Part shown: positions 1-7,759 of the stretch, one piece after another | Layout of the letters: every line of letters begins with the position of its first letter | Position numbering within the stretch: the first letter of the stretch is position 1 | DNA from: a virus | Lineage: Duplodnaviria; Caudoviricetes | IMG/VR virus record: IMGVR_UViG_3300032155_000027 | Coordinates: 1 to 33,650 of that record | Reading direction: 5' to 3' (one strand) | Length of the DNA stretch: 33,650 bases | Position numbers and translations under genes: made by a program | Notes under the pieces: generated by a model | Seen by the model: only the letters and a program-made list of their open reading frames with translations | The model's database searches: none | Told to the model about the DNA's origin: nothing

Positions 1-1035
1 CTATTTGATGGCGCGGAGAAGGCCTTTGAGATCCACGGCGAAGTCGACGCGGGAGGCCTCGTCGTCGAGGTATCCGGGCACGAGGGTGGCGTAGTGGTCC
101 TGGGTTGTGCCGAAGTCGGCGTGGCCGAGCATGCGCTGCAGCACGGTGAGGCTTCCTCCGGCCGAGAGGTAGCGCGCAGCGAAGGAAACGCGCAGGCCAT
201 GGAGCGAAACGCGCGGGTAGCCAGCGGAGACAAGGTGCTCCTTGATCCTGTGGCTCATGGTGTCCGGGTGCATGCGGGGAAGGAGGTAGCCCTCTGGAAA
301 CGGGGACATGGCCTCGAAGGCGGCAAGGGCTGCAGGAGTCATGGGATACCAGCCTTCGGACTCGTCGGTCTTGGAGCGATCCACGCAATACCGGCGGCGA
401 TCCATGTCCACCATGTCCGACTCCAGGTAGAGCAGCTCCTGGCGGCGGCGGCCGGTGGCGCAGTAGAGGGCGACGATGCGCCTCCAGATGAGATCCTCGA
501 TGCTGGCCAGGAAGCGCTCGATCTCCTCGGGTGGGATGTGGGGGCGGACCTTCGGTTTGCGGCGCGGGATCTTCACCTGGCCGAGGGGATTTTCCTTGAT
601 GATCTCCCAGTCCGCGGCCTTGCCCAGGGCTGCCTTGAGATGCCGCGTGTAGGTGTCGATGCTCCTGTCGGAGAGGCCGCGCTTGCGCCAGGTGGCCACC
701 AGCGTGTCGAGGTGCTTGCGGGACACTCTGTCGAGCCGCGTAGAGCCCCCTGCCGCGTCGATGAGCATATCCATGACCATGCGGTTCATCCTGGACGTGG
801 CGTGTGTTTGTCCGCCGTTCTCGGCCCACTCCACGAACTCGTCACGGAACTCCTTGAGCGTCTTGGTCGTGCCACGCTCCATCACCACGAGCTTGCCCAT
901 GGCGATCTCGCGCTGGAGGAGCTTGAAGCGGCGTTCCGCTTCCGCGCGGTCCTTGGTGCGGAGGCTGCGCTTCTTTCCGCGCTCGAACTCCACGTACCAA
1001 GTCCCGCCCTTTTCGTGGCGGCAGACGAGGCGCAT
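1..1035 (-). CDS. int: Tyrosine recombinase (phage integrase)
   Basis: Catalytic motifs TGRRRQEL (R), SKT (K), HGLR (HxxR), LGH and TTQDHY (Y), with an N-terminal arm-binding-like segment. ATG at 1035 chosen because it lies just after the xis stop. Confidence 0.93.
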   Translation of the reverse strand: MRLVCRHEKGGTWYVEFERGKKRSLRTKDRAEAERRFKLLQREIAMGKLVVMERGTTKTLKEFRDEFVEWAENGGQTHATSRMNRMVMDMLIDAAGGSTRLDRVSRKHLDTLVATWRKRGLSDRSIDTYTRHLKAALGKAADWEIIKENPLGQVKIPRRKPKVRPHIPPEEIERFLASIEDLIWRRIVALYCATGRRRQELLYLESDMVDMDRRRYCVDRSKTDESEGWYPMTPAALAAFEAMSPFPEGYLLPRMHPDTMSHRIKEHLVSAGYPRVSLHGLRVSFAARYLSAGGSLTVLQRMLGHADFGTTQDHYATLVPGYLDDEASRVDFAVDLKGLLRAIK

Positions 1036-1042
1036 GGATATC

Positions 1043-1300
1043 TTAATTGCCCAGTCCGCGCGCGATTTCAAGGGCCACCTGTTGGTCTGCGTCGGTCATG
1101 CTGAGGAGAGATTCGCGGTCGATGCGGCGATGTCCGCCTGGCGTCCGCTGCGAGACGACGTGCCCCGCGTCCGCCCAGGCGCGCATGGTGTTCTCGCATA
1201 CCCCGGCGAAGAGCGCGGCCGCGGCGACAGGAATCCAGCGGCTGGATTCATAGCGCTGCGCCGTGCGGCGCGCTGTTTCCGGGGTGGGGGCGCGGGACAT
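1043..1300 (-). CDS. xis: Excisionase-like MerR/HTH_17 DNA-binding protein
   Basis: VAAAALFAGVCENTMRAWADAG..RTPGGHRRI is a typical excisionase wHTH. It lies directly upstream of int, with a TAATG stop/start overlap at 1298-1302. Confidence 0.8.
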   Translation of the reverse strand: MSRAPTPETARRTAQRYESSRWIPVAAAALFAGVCENTMRAWADAGHVVSQRTPGGHRRIDRESLLSMTDADQQVALEIARGLGN

Positions 1301-1497
1301 TACGCCCTCGGCCTCGCGCACGGCTTGGCAGGCGCTCCGATGCGGAAGCCGCGCTCAAGGTACATGGGGCATTCCGGGCCGTAGATGCGCCAGTAGTCCA
1401 GCCATTGCAGGATTTCGTCGGCCGGGGCGTTTCCCCTGGCGCATGAGCTGCTGCGCTTGCAGGCCCCGAGAGAGGAGCAATAGGTCATCCCGCTCAT
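1300..1497 (-). CDS. Small Cys-rich hypothetical protein (65 aa)
   Basis: AAGGAGG RBS, ATGA overlap with the upstream ORF and TAATG overlap with xis. Confidence 0.6.
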   Translation of the reverse strand: MSGMTYCSSLGACKRSSSCARGNAPADEILQWLDYWRIYGPECPMYLERGFRIGAPAKPCARPRA

Positions 1498-1721
1498 GCG
1501 TGCGCCCTCCTTATTCCGTTGCGCCGCTGGACAAGGGAGAGAGCGCGGCGACAGGTGGTCTCCTGTGAGAGGCGGCATGCGTCCTCGTCGGGGCAGGCTG
1601 CGCAGAAGCCGGGCAGGATGCTCTCGCGGGGAGCTCTAGGGGAGTCGTCAACGAACTCCTGCCCGGCGGATGCGTTCGAGCCTGCATGCCTTGAGGAGAA
1701 TTGGTGCTGCTTCGCACTCAT
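1494..1721 (-). CDS. Small hypothetical protein with CxxC-x5-C-x7-C motif (75 aa)
   Basis: ATGA overlaps at both ends, AGGAGG RBS, CAACPDEDACRLSQETTC. Confidence 0.55.
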   Translation of the reverse strand: MSAKQHQFSSRHAGSNASAGQEFVDDSPRAPRESILPGFCAACPDEDACRLSQETTCRRALSLVQRRNGIRRAHA

Positions 1722-1939
1722 TCCGTTCCTCCTGTTTCTCGCGCGGGACACGTGCCCGGAAGAGCTTCGTAGCGGCATTCTTTGCCAAGCAGGCAGGATG
1801 CGCCGTGGATGTCGAAGTCGAGATGCCTACAGCTAGGACAGTCGCCGCGTGTTGGCGGGATGCGATAAAACACGGTCCTGTCGCCGCCAGCGCCGATGTC
1901 CATGGCGTAAAAGATTTTTGCGGAGCTTGTGTTGCTCAT
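1718..1939 (-). CDS. Small Cys-rich hypothetical protein (73 aa)
   Basis: 3' part of ORF 1718..2422 from the ATG at 1939 (ATGA overlap with 1936..2136). Contains CPSC...C...C...C. Confidence 0.55.
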   Translation of the reverse strand: MSNTSSAKIFYAMDIGAGGDRTVFYRIPPTRGDCPSCRHLDFDIHGASCLLGKECRYEALPGTCPARETGGTE

Positions 1940-2136
1940 TCCGCAGTGCTCTTGATACCTGGCAGGAACGGGCGTGTTTGGTGGACAGCCTCGACCGGCA
2001 CGACGACCTCGCGGCCGGGGCTCCCGTCTTTTCGGATCACGCGGCCAAGGATGACCTTGCTCCCGGAGACGTCCACGAGGATCTCTCCGCTGCGGTGGTG
2101 GAGGGAAAAGATGCGGTCGCCGGCGATGTATGGCAT
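1936..2136 (-). CDS. Small hypothetical protein (66 aa)
   Basis: GGAGG RBS; coupled to the downstream gene; beta-rich sequence. Confidence 0.6.
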   Translation of the reverse strand: MPYIAGDRIFSLHHRSGEILVDVSGSKVILGRVIRKDGSPGREVVVPVEAVHQTRPFLPGIKSTAE

Positions 2137-2150
2137 GGCGTCCTCCTTCC

Positions 2151-2744
2151 TCAGTCCGGCGTCCCGCGCGAGCGCAGGAACTCGCGGAACATGCTTTCTT
2201 TGTTGGCCATATCACGCACCTTTCCGCGGGCTTCGACCAGGCTGCCCTCCTCTCTGATGCGCATGGCCACACAGGCGACCTGCAGCGCCTCCTTGTTGAC
2301 TTCCTCGCGTGGCCGTCCACTGATTGCTGCCCCGCAAAGCTCACAGACTTCTTCGAGCAGCGCCTCGTAGAGTAGAGCGTTTTTCGGGTGCTTGGCCCGC
2401 GCTCGGCAGACCTCCAGGTCAAGCTCCGCCACGGACGTAATGGTCAGCCCGAGGATAGATGTCGGGGGGAGCTTGCCGAGGAGGGAGACTATGTCGTCTA
2501 GGCAGTGGTTAAGTTCCTTATACCCATAGTGCGTGGGGATTATCTCTCCGCGCGTAGCAGACAGTCTGGCTTCCAAGACATTCGCAGAGAAATAGATAAC
2601 CTCTCGCTCCCTTATCAGCTTGTCGCGTTCAACCTCGATGGCCTCAAGCTCTGTTGCCATATCGAGCACGGCCCCGGCGAGATCATGCCACCAGACGTCT
2701 TGTTGGGAAGTCCTCGCCCACATGAAGAGTTCTTCTCTTGTCAT
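2151..2744 (-). CDS. Hypothetical protein with C-terminal MazG-like NTP pyrophosphohydrolase motif
   Basis: ATG at 2744 after a GAGGAG RBS. LLEEVCEL...EEVNKEALQVACVAMR fits the all-alpha NTP-PPase pattern (EExxE...ExxQV). Confidence 0.55.
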   Translation of the reverse strand: MTREELFMWARTSQQDVWWHDLAGAVLDMATELEAIEVERDKLIREREVIYFSANVLEARLSATRGEIIPTHYGYKELNHCLDDIVSLLGKLPPTSILGLTITSVAELDLEVCRARAKHPKNALLYEALLEEVCELCGAAISGRPREEVNKEALQVACVAMRIREEGSLVEARGKVRDMANKESMFREFLRSRGTPD

Positions 2745-2758
2745 GTCCGATCTCCTCG

Positions 2759-5458
2759 CTACTTCCGCTGGAACACCCAGCACTTGATGGACTTCTCCAG
2801 GAGGCAGGACCACACCGTGCGGTTCGCGTCCAGGAGCTTGTATTTCTTGCCGTGAGGCAGAAGCTTCTTGAGTTGCTGCATGTCGATGAGGGGCTGGCCT
2901 TTGGCTTGGGCGGCCTCGCGCACGTGGTTGAGGTTGATGGCCACGATGCCGGGCTCCTTTGAGTGGTTGAGGGTGTTGACCTCTTCCCTGTTCCGTTCGT
3001 TGGCCAGGTACTCGAACATCTCCCAAAACTGCTCCAGCAGGGGATGGTCAGCAGCGAGGCGCTGCTCGCGCACCTTGGCCCGGATGCGCAGGTACTCGGT
3101 GAGCCCTTCCGTGAGCTTTCCCTTCATGTCCGGGAAGACGACGGCCAGGGCCTCTCCGCATGCGGCGACCTGCGCGTGGTTCTTGATGATGCGCTCGTTC
3201 TTGAGGGACTCGTGCGCGGCGTACTGCGCCTCAAGGCGCTCGAAGGCCGCGGCGTAGGTGTCCAGGATCTTCCGTTCGTTGGCCAGGGCGACGGCCAGGA
3301 AGCCGCCCACGTCCGAGCTCGTCTGGCGCTCGAACCAGCGCGCCAATTCGCGCGTCCCTGCCTTGTGGTGGGCCTTGTCCGCGTGGCAGTGCACGATGCG
3401 CTGCAGGAGCGCTTCGGAGCCGTCCACCTCCGCGTTCTGTGAGATGAGGAGCGATCCCTGGAAGAGGTGCTCCTCGACGTCGTTGCTGCGCCTGGCCACG
3501 CCTAGGGTTCCCGTGCCGCGTCCGTTGAAAAACGGCTTGACCTCGTCGAAGCCGAACTGCCGTTGCTTCGCCCCCTGGTCCCCGTTGTCGCGGTCGGACT
3601 CGATGATGACCACGGGCAGGTTGGACACCTGGCTGAAAGCGCGGCGGCGTCCGGCTGGCGAGGACTTGAGAAGGTCAAAGCCCTCGTAGTCCTCGCGGCC
3701 GACGAGCTTCCAGAGGAACTCAAGGATGGTGGACTTGCCCGCGCCGGGCTCGCCGGTAAGCTCCAGGAAGGGGAAGGTCTTGTGCATGGCGCGGATCTGC
3801 TGGACGAAGAGGGAGCCGAACCAGAAGGCGAGCGTGGCCAGGCCCTGCCAGTGAAACGCCTTGGCGAAATTCACTATCCAGTCCTGGGAGAACTTGCCGT
3901 CGGTGTTGATGTAGACGCCGTTCAGGACGGTCTTGATGCCCACGCGGTTGATGTCGAAGTATCCGTTTTCGTTGACGGCTATTCGGCGGCCGTTGTGCCA
4001 CGCGTGCTGCTGGAAGATGTAGGCGGCCGTGTCCCGGTCGTAGCCCACGAATGGCAGGGCCTGTACCGTGGTCATGCGCTTGTTGAGCCAGCGGTCGCGC
4101 AGGATCTTGAGCTGTTGCATGTTTCCGTCGAATGTTCCGCCGCGGGAGCGGTTCAGGAGGGCCTTGTGGAACGCGTCCGGGCTGGTGATGGCCGTGCCTT
4201 CCAGCGCGATGATGTCGTCCGGCTGCTCGTTTGAGTAGGAGATGCCGAAGACGTAGCGCTGCTCGTCGACCAGGACGTCGCGCTCCATGTAGAGGAAGCG
4301 GGGGTGGATGTTCGAGATTTGGAGGATGTCGCAATGCTGCTTGAAGAGGTCGCGCCCGTCCTTGGACTTCAACGCGCCCTCGATAGGATTCTCTCCCGCG
4401 ACGGCCTCTCCGGACTCAGCCTTCGCCGCGCAGTAGGCCCCGGCCGCAACGGCGAGATCCTTCTCGAAGGCGGAGGGCAGGGTGATGGAGTAGATGGCGT
4501 TGCGGAAGTCGATGAGGAAGGACATGCGCCTGTTGCGCACGTAGTAGTGGTACGCCTTCTCCTCGACCGTCTCGGCCATGTAGAGGCGGCCGTGGTAGAG
4601 GCGCTCGGAGATGAAGGCGTCGTTGATCTTCTGCTCGCGCCAGAGATCGTCCCAGTCCTTGCCGTCCGGTAGGAGCAGCACCGTGGCCAGCTCGCCCATT
4701 TCCTTGAGGCGCTTGTGGTGGGCGCGGGCGTACTTCTTCCCGGCCGCGTCCGCGTCCAGGGCGATGACCCACCGAATGCCCTTGCCCTTGTGCAAGGCGA
4801 CGAAGGCCTCGGGGAAGTGGTTGCAGGAAAAGGCCGCCGCCGCCTTCTGCCCGGCGTGATTGAGGGCGATGGCGTGGAAGATGCCCTCCACGAGGAAGCA
4901 GCGGTCGCCCTGCTCCAGGGCCTGGTCAGGGGGCGACCACACGTCGCCGCGGAAGAGCGTCCCGTCGTCCTTGCGCGTCCCGCCGAAATGGGCTTTCTGC
5001 CCGTCCTTCTTGGTGCGCCCGATGAGGCGCTCCCAGTAGCGGGTGCGGGCTTCGTCCAGATAGAAGCGGATCGTGGGCACGTGCTCCGACGTGCCGGGCA
5101 CGGCCCAGGCCGCCTGCTCATACCAGCCGCGGATGCGCGAAAGATCGAAGCCGCGGTCGAGCCCGAGGTAGGCGTCTGCCGTGGCGTGGCGGTTCTCTTC
5201 GGTCGGTGGGTAGCGGTTGGCGAAGTCGGCGAAGATGTCGGGCAGGGCCTCGCGCACGGACTCCTCAAAGCCGCACTTGTTGAGCCTCTCGCAGCGTAGC
5301 ACCCAGGGCTGCTGCTTCCCGATGTAGAGGGTGCGCTTGCCGCAGCCGGGGCACTTCCCCTTGCGCAGGTAGTCCGTGGTGTCCTGAAATCCGAAGCCTG
5401 GATCGTCGCGCAGGGCGCGGATGATCTCTTCCGGGGAAATGTCCCTACGCGGTTGCAT
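2759..5458 (-). CDS. Zn-finger/TOPRIM primase-helicase (P4 alpha-like architecture), 899 aa
   Basis: N-terminal CPGC...CERLNKC, TOPRIM LVEGIFHA and ALDADAAG (DxD), Walker A GEPGAGKST, Walker B VVIIESD, and a C-terminal ~95-aa domain ending KCWVF. Start MQPRRDIS at 5458. Confidence 0.88.
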   Translation of the reverse strand: MQPRRDISPEEIIRALRDDPGFGFQDTTDYLRKGKCPGCGKRTLYIGKQQPWVLRCERLNKCGFEESVREALPDIFADFANRYPPTEENRHATADAYLGLDRGFDLSRIRGWYEQAAWAVPGTSEHVPTIRFYLDEARTRYWERLIGRTKKDGQKAHFGGTRKDDGTLFRGDVWSPPDQALEQGDRCFLVEGIFHAIALNHAGQKAAAAFSCNHFPEAFVALHKGKGIRWVIALDADAAGKKYARAHHKRLKEMGELATVLLLPDGKDWDDLWREQKINDAFISERLYHGRLYMAETVEEKAYHYYVRNRRMSFLIDFRNAIYSITLPSAFEKDLAVAAGAYCAAKAESGEAVAGENPIEGALKSKDGRDLFKQHCDILQISNIHPRFLYMERDVLVDEQRYVFGISYSNEQPDDIIALEGTAITSPDAFHKALLNRSRGGTFDGNMQQLKILRDRWLNKRMTTVQALPFVGYDRDTAAYIFQQHAWHNGRRIAVNENGYFDINRVGIKTVLNGVYINTDGKFSQDWIVNFAKAFHWQGLATLAFWFGSLFVQQIRAMHKTFPFLELTGEPGAGKSTILEFLWKLVGREDYEGFDLLKSSPAGRRRAFSQVSNLPVVIIESDRDNGDQGAKQRQFGFDEVKPFFNGRGTGTLGVARRSNDVEEHLFQGSLLISQNAEVDGSEALLQRIVHCHADKAHHKAGTRELARWFERQTSSDVGGFLAVALANERKILDTYAAAFERLEAQYAAHESLKNERIIKNHAQVAACGEALAVVFPDMKGKLTEGLTEYLRIRAKVREQRLAADHPLLEQFWEMFEYLANERNREEVNTLNHSKEPGIVAINLNHVREAAQAKGQPLIDMQQLKKLLPHGKKYKLLDANRTVWSCLLEKSIKCWVFQRK

Positions 5459-5636
5459 GCATCCCCCAGGGACACTTCCCGCAAAGGGAGCGGTTGACCC
5501 ACTGCATGGAGCCGCGCTGGCCGCGAACCTGCGGACATGGCCGGAGGTTCGGGTACGTGGCGGCCAAGCCCTTGAGCATGTCGATGGACGTTGCCCCGGC
5601 CTCTTCCGGTGTACGCGGGCAGCAGGGGCTAGGCAT
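5445..5636 (-). CDS. Small Cys-containing hypothetical protein (63 aa)
   Basis: Fills the gap between the CII-like gene and the primase, overlapping both. Confidence 0.45.
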   Translation of the reverse strand: MPSPCCPRTPEEAGATSIDMLKGLAATYPNLRPCPQVRGQRGSMQWVNRSLCGKCPWGMHATA

Positions 5637-6099
5637 TGTCGCGCTCCAGAAGGCGGAGGTCGGAAATCAGGGACATGCCGCGTTCGAGCACGTCGGATAT
5701 CTCGCGGATGAGTTTCCGGCATTCTTGCGGCTCGATCACGTTGTTCTTGATGGCCTCGCGGGCTTCTGTGGCCACGTCCCCGAGCTCGGCAAAGAGGTCG
5801 TTCACGCGACGCAGCAACTCGGAGCAATCAATGTCTTGGTGCTGCTCGTCGACGCCGTAGAATGTCGCCCTGGCGATGAGCCACTGCAGGACAACCTGAT
5901 TCCCAAGGACTGAGCAAAACCGGGGGATGTCGGCCAGGGAGGGAAAAAACTTATCCGTGCTGAACACGCGCCGCATGAATGATTCGGACCAGCCCATCTC
6001 CACGGCAATCTCTGGCAGCGGCTTGCCGCTTTGCTCGATGGCCAGCTTGAAGGCGTCGACGGCGTCCAGGTGGTGCAAGGGGGGGAAATCAGACGTCAT
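5629..6099 (-). CDS. Phage regulatory CII-family protein (186/HP1 CII-like)
   Basis: N-terminal HTH (LPEIAVEMGWSESFMRRVFS) and helical C-terminus ELGDVA...IEPQE. AGAGGA RBS before the ATG at 6099. Position follows the cro-like gene. Confidence 0.7.
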   Translation of the reverse strand: MTSDFPPLHHLDAVDAFKLAIEQSGKPLPEIAVEMGWSESFMRRVFSTDKFFPSLADIPRFCSVLGNQVVLQWLIARATFYGVDEQHQDIDCSELLRRVNDLFAELGDVATEAREAIKNNVIEPQECRKLIREISDVLERGMSLISDLRLLERDNA

Positions 6100-6144
6100 G
6101 TGACCGATCCTCTTTTTAGACACGGATGTGGCAGAAGGTTGGCG

Positions 6145-6423
6145 CTATGAGGTAGGGTCTTTTGCCAAGGGCTGCTTGCCCCAGGCTTCCTTGATCTGTG
6201 CCGGGGTGATGGCCCCGGACTTGCGGAGGTGGCGGAGGAGTTGGCGGAGCGCGAGGAGCTTGCCAGCGAGTACAAGCACCCGCTTGGTAGGAGGGTTCAT
6301 GGCGTCCTTGTTCCGGTTCCGGCGCAGATTGCGCGGGTCCAGTCCCAGGGCGCGGGCAACGCGGTTCCAGGAACCGTACTGCCGGACAAGCCGATTGAGG
6401 TGGTGGGCGATTGCAGTTTTCAT
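6145..6423 (-). CDS. Cro/Cox/Apl-like HTH regulator
   Basis: HTH SWNRVARALGLDPRNLRR; first gene of the early operon, divergent from the repressor. Confidence 0.65.
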   Translation of the reverse strand: MKTAIAHHLNRLVRQYGSWNRVARALGLDPRNLRRNRNKDAMNPPTKRVLVLAGKLLALRQLLRHLRKSGAITPAQIKEAWGKQPLAKDPTS

Positions 6424-6435
6424 GGTGTTAGGGTG

Positions 6436-6495
6436 GGGCAAAATGCCCTAGCATGTCAAGGGCATTTTGTCAGATTTTCGTGGGGCAAAATATCC
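6436..6495. promoter_or_regulatory. Three putative repressor operators in the divergent cro/cI switch
   Basis: GGGCAAAATGCCC (6436-6448), GGGCATTTTGTCA (6460-6472) and GGGCAAAATATCC (6483-6495). TTGACA on the minus strand at 6454-6459 lies between the first two. Confidence 0.75.
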
Positions 6496-6509
6496 CGTAG
6501 GACTAAGTC

Positions 6510-6806
6510 ATGGAAAACAAAGATAATTTTGAACAGGTGTTCATTAAATTGGTGGCGGAACGTGTTGAAGACGCAGGACTTTCCCACTCCGCATTCGGCA
6601 AGCGCGTGTTCGGGGAGGCCTCCGGCGTCCGTCTGTGGCGGGCCTGCCGCGACATGGAGAAGCGCCGCCGCAAATTAACCCTGGATGAGGCGTACAGAAT
6701 GGCGGAGGCCCTAGGGACGGACTTCCCGACCATGGTCTGGAATATCGCGCAGGCGGCGAGGTCGCGGGGGATGATCAGCGACGACCAAAATAAATTGCTG
6801 AAATAG
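6510..6806 (+). CDS. Short XRE-family immunity repressor (no S24 peptidase domain)
   Basis: GLSHSAFGKRVFG...RKLTLDEAYRMAEALG XRE-type HTH, 98 aa, divergent from the early operon and flanked by operators. Confidence 0.72.
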   Translation: MENKDNFEQVFIKLVAERVEDAGLSHSAFGKRVFGEASGVRLWRACRDMEKRRRKLTLDEAYRMAEALGTDFPTMVWNIAQAARSRGMISDDQNKLLK

Positions 6807-6854
6807 GGCAAATTGTCCCCATAGACCATTCCAAATAGGGGCAATTTGCCCTAT
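6803..6854. promoter_or_regulatory. Two further operators downstream of the repressor
   Basis: GGGCAAATTGTCC (6806-6818) and GGGCAATTTGCCC (6839-6851), together forming a ~20-bp imperfect inverted repeat upstream of ORF 6877. Confidence 0.72.
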
Positions 6855-6876
6855 GTATAGGGCGAGGAGATTGCCC

Positions 6877-7371
6877 ATGCAGATAAACATCAGCTCCGCC
6901 CACTATCATCATTGCCCGATGACCAGACTGTCTGAGGCCCTGGCCTGGCGCGACGTCATCACTACGTCGGTCGTTCCCGTCGCCCTGATTCACCCAGCGT
7001 CACCCGCGGCAATCCTCGGCCAAGCGCTTGATGGGATTGAAGTCGCTGCCGTCGCCGCGGCCATGTCCTGGGTAGGCGTGACCACGCGCATGATTCAGGA
7101 TGAGATGCGCGTCGGGCTCGGAATCAGCGAGGCCGTTGCAGTGCTCCTGGAGGCCACGGCCATGCGCATCCCCAGCATCAGCCGGGCCATCTTCGCCCGC
7201 TTCCTGGTTCCCCGCCGCAGAGTGCGCAGCGCCTACGGGACCGCTGGCTATCACTCCGGTCTGGTGTTCGGCTGCGACCTGCAGGACGCGATGGCCAGGA
7301 TGGAGAGAGAGGCGATGCGGCTGACCGGGGCTGACGCCCTGCCCCATGGCTATCACGTGCTTGCCGATTGA
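6877..7371 (+). CDS. Hypothetical protein (164 aa)
   Basis: GAGGAG RBS before the ATG at 6877; followed by a strong hairpin. No family recognised. Confidence 0.6.
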   Translation: MQINISSAHYHHCPMTRLSEALAWRDVITTSVVPVALIHPASPAAILGQALDGIEVAAVAAAMSWVGVTTRMIQDEMRVGLGISEAVAVLLEATAMRIPSISRAIFARFLVPRRRVRSAYGTAGYHSGLVFGCDLQDAMARMEREAMRLTGADALPHGYHVLAD

Positions 7372-7427
7372 TTTTTAAAAACAAGCGAAGCCGGGGTGTT
7401 ACGGTCGTTCGCCCCGGCTTCGCTTGT
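7372..7427. terminator. Probable intrinsic, possibly bidirectional, terminator
   Basis: Perfect 16-bp stem ACAAGCGAAGCCGGGG (7381-7396) / CCCCGGCTTCGCTTGT (7412-7427), followed by a T-run on the minus strand. It sits between convergent transcription units. Confidence 0.65.
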
Positions 7428-7431
7428 GCCA

Positions 7432-7759
7432 AATCCTTGCGCCTCCTTGCGCCCCGTTGCACTCCTCGCAAAAGCAGCCCTCCCCGTCGCGCCGCCCGCG
7501 CCGCCTAATCGCTCCCCCTTTGCCCCCCGCCCCGGCGTTGCAAAAATCGTCAAAAAAACGCCGAAGGTTTGGGGCGGAGGAGTGATTTTTTTCCGGGGGA
7601 GGCGCTCTTTCTTCTGGAGGAGGCATGCGGGTGGGCGTCGAGGCTGGCAGAAGCCCGAGAGCGCGCTGTACGGGCGCGGAAAAGGGAAACGGCCGGAGAT
7701 TTCTCTCCGGCCGCGGCGCTTTCTGTCCTGCCCTCGCTTCGCAAGGGAGCGCAAGGATT
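7432..7759. other. Non-coding cis element bounded by ~20-bp inverted repeats; contains a cos-like 19-mer (candidate cos and/or ori)
   Basis: AATCCTTGCGCCTCCTTGCG (7432-7451) matches the reverse complement of 7740-7759 at 18/20. Minus-strand 7475-7493 GGCGCGACGGGGAGGGCTG matches the P2 cohesive end at 13/19. Internal A/T tracts. Confidence 0.5.

Noticed and set aside
5459-5827. N-terminal 123-aa extension of the primase ORF (and similar extensions of other ORF-track calls)
   Set aside because: Overlaps the CII-like and 63-aa genes and has low-complexity Arg/Pro composition; better RBS-linked starts exist downstream.
7432-7759. MITE/IS interpretation of the terminal inverted repeats
   Set aside because: No target-site duplication or transposase seen, the right repeat overlaps the MTase stop codon, and the interior contains a cos-like motif.
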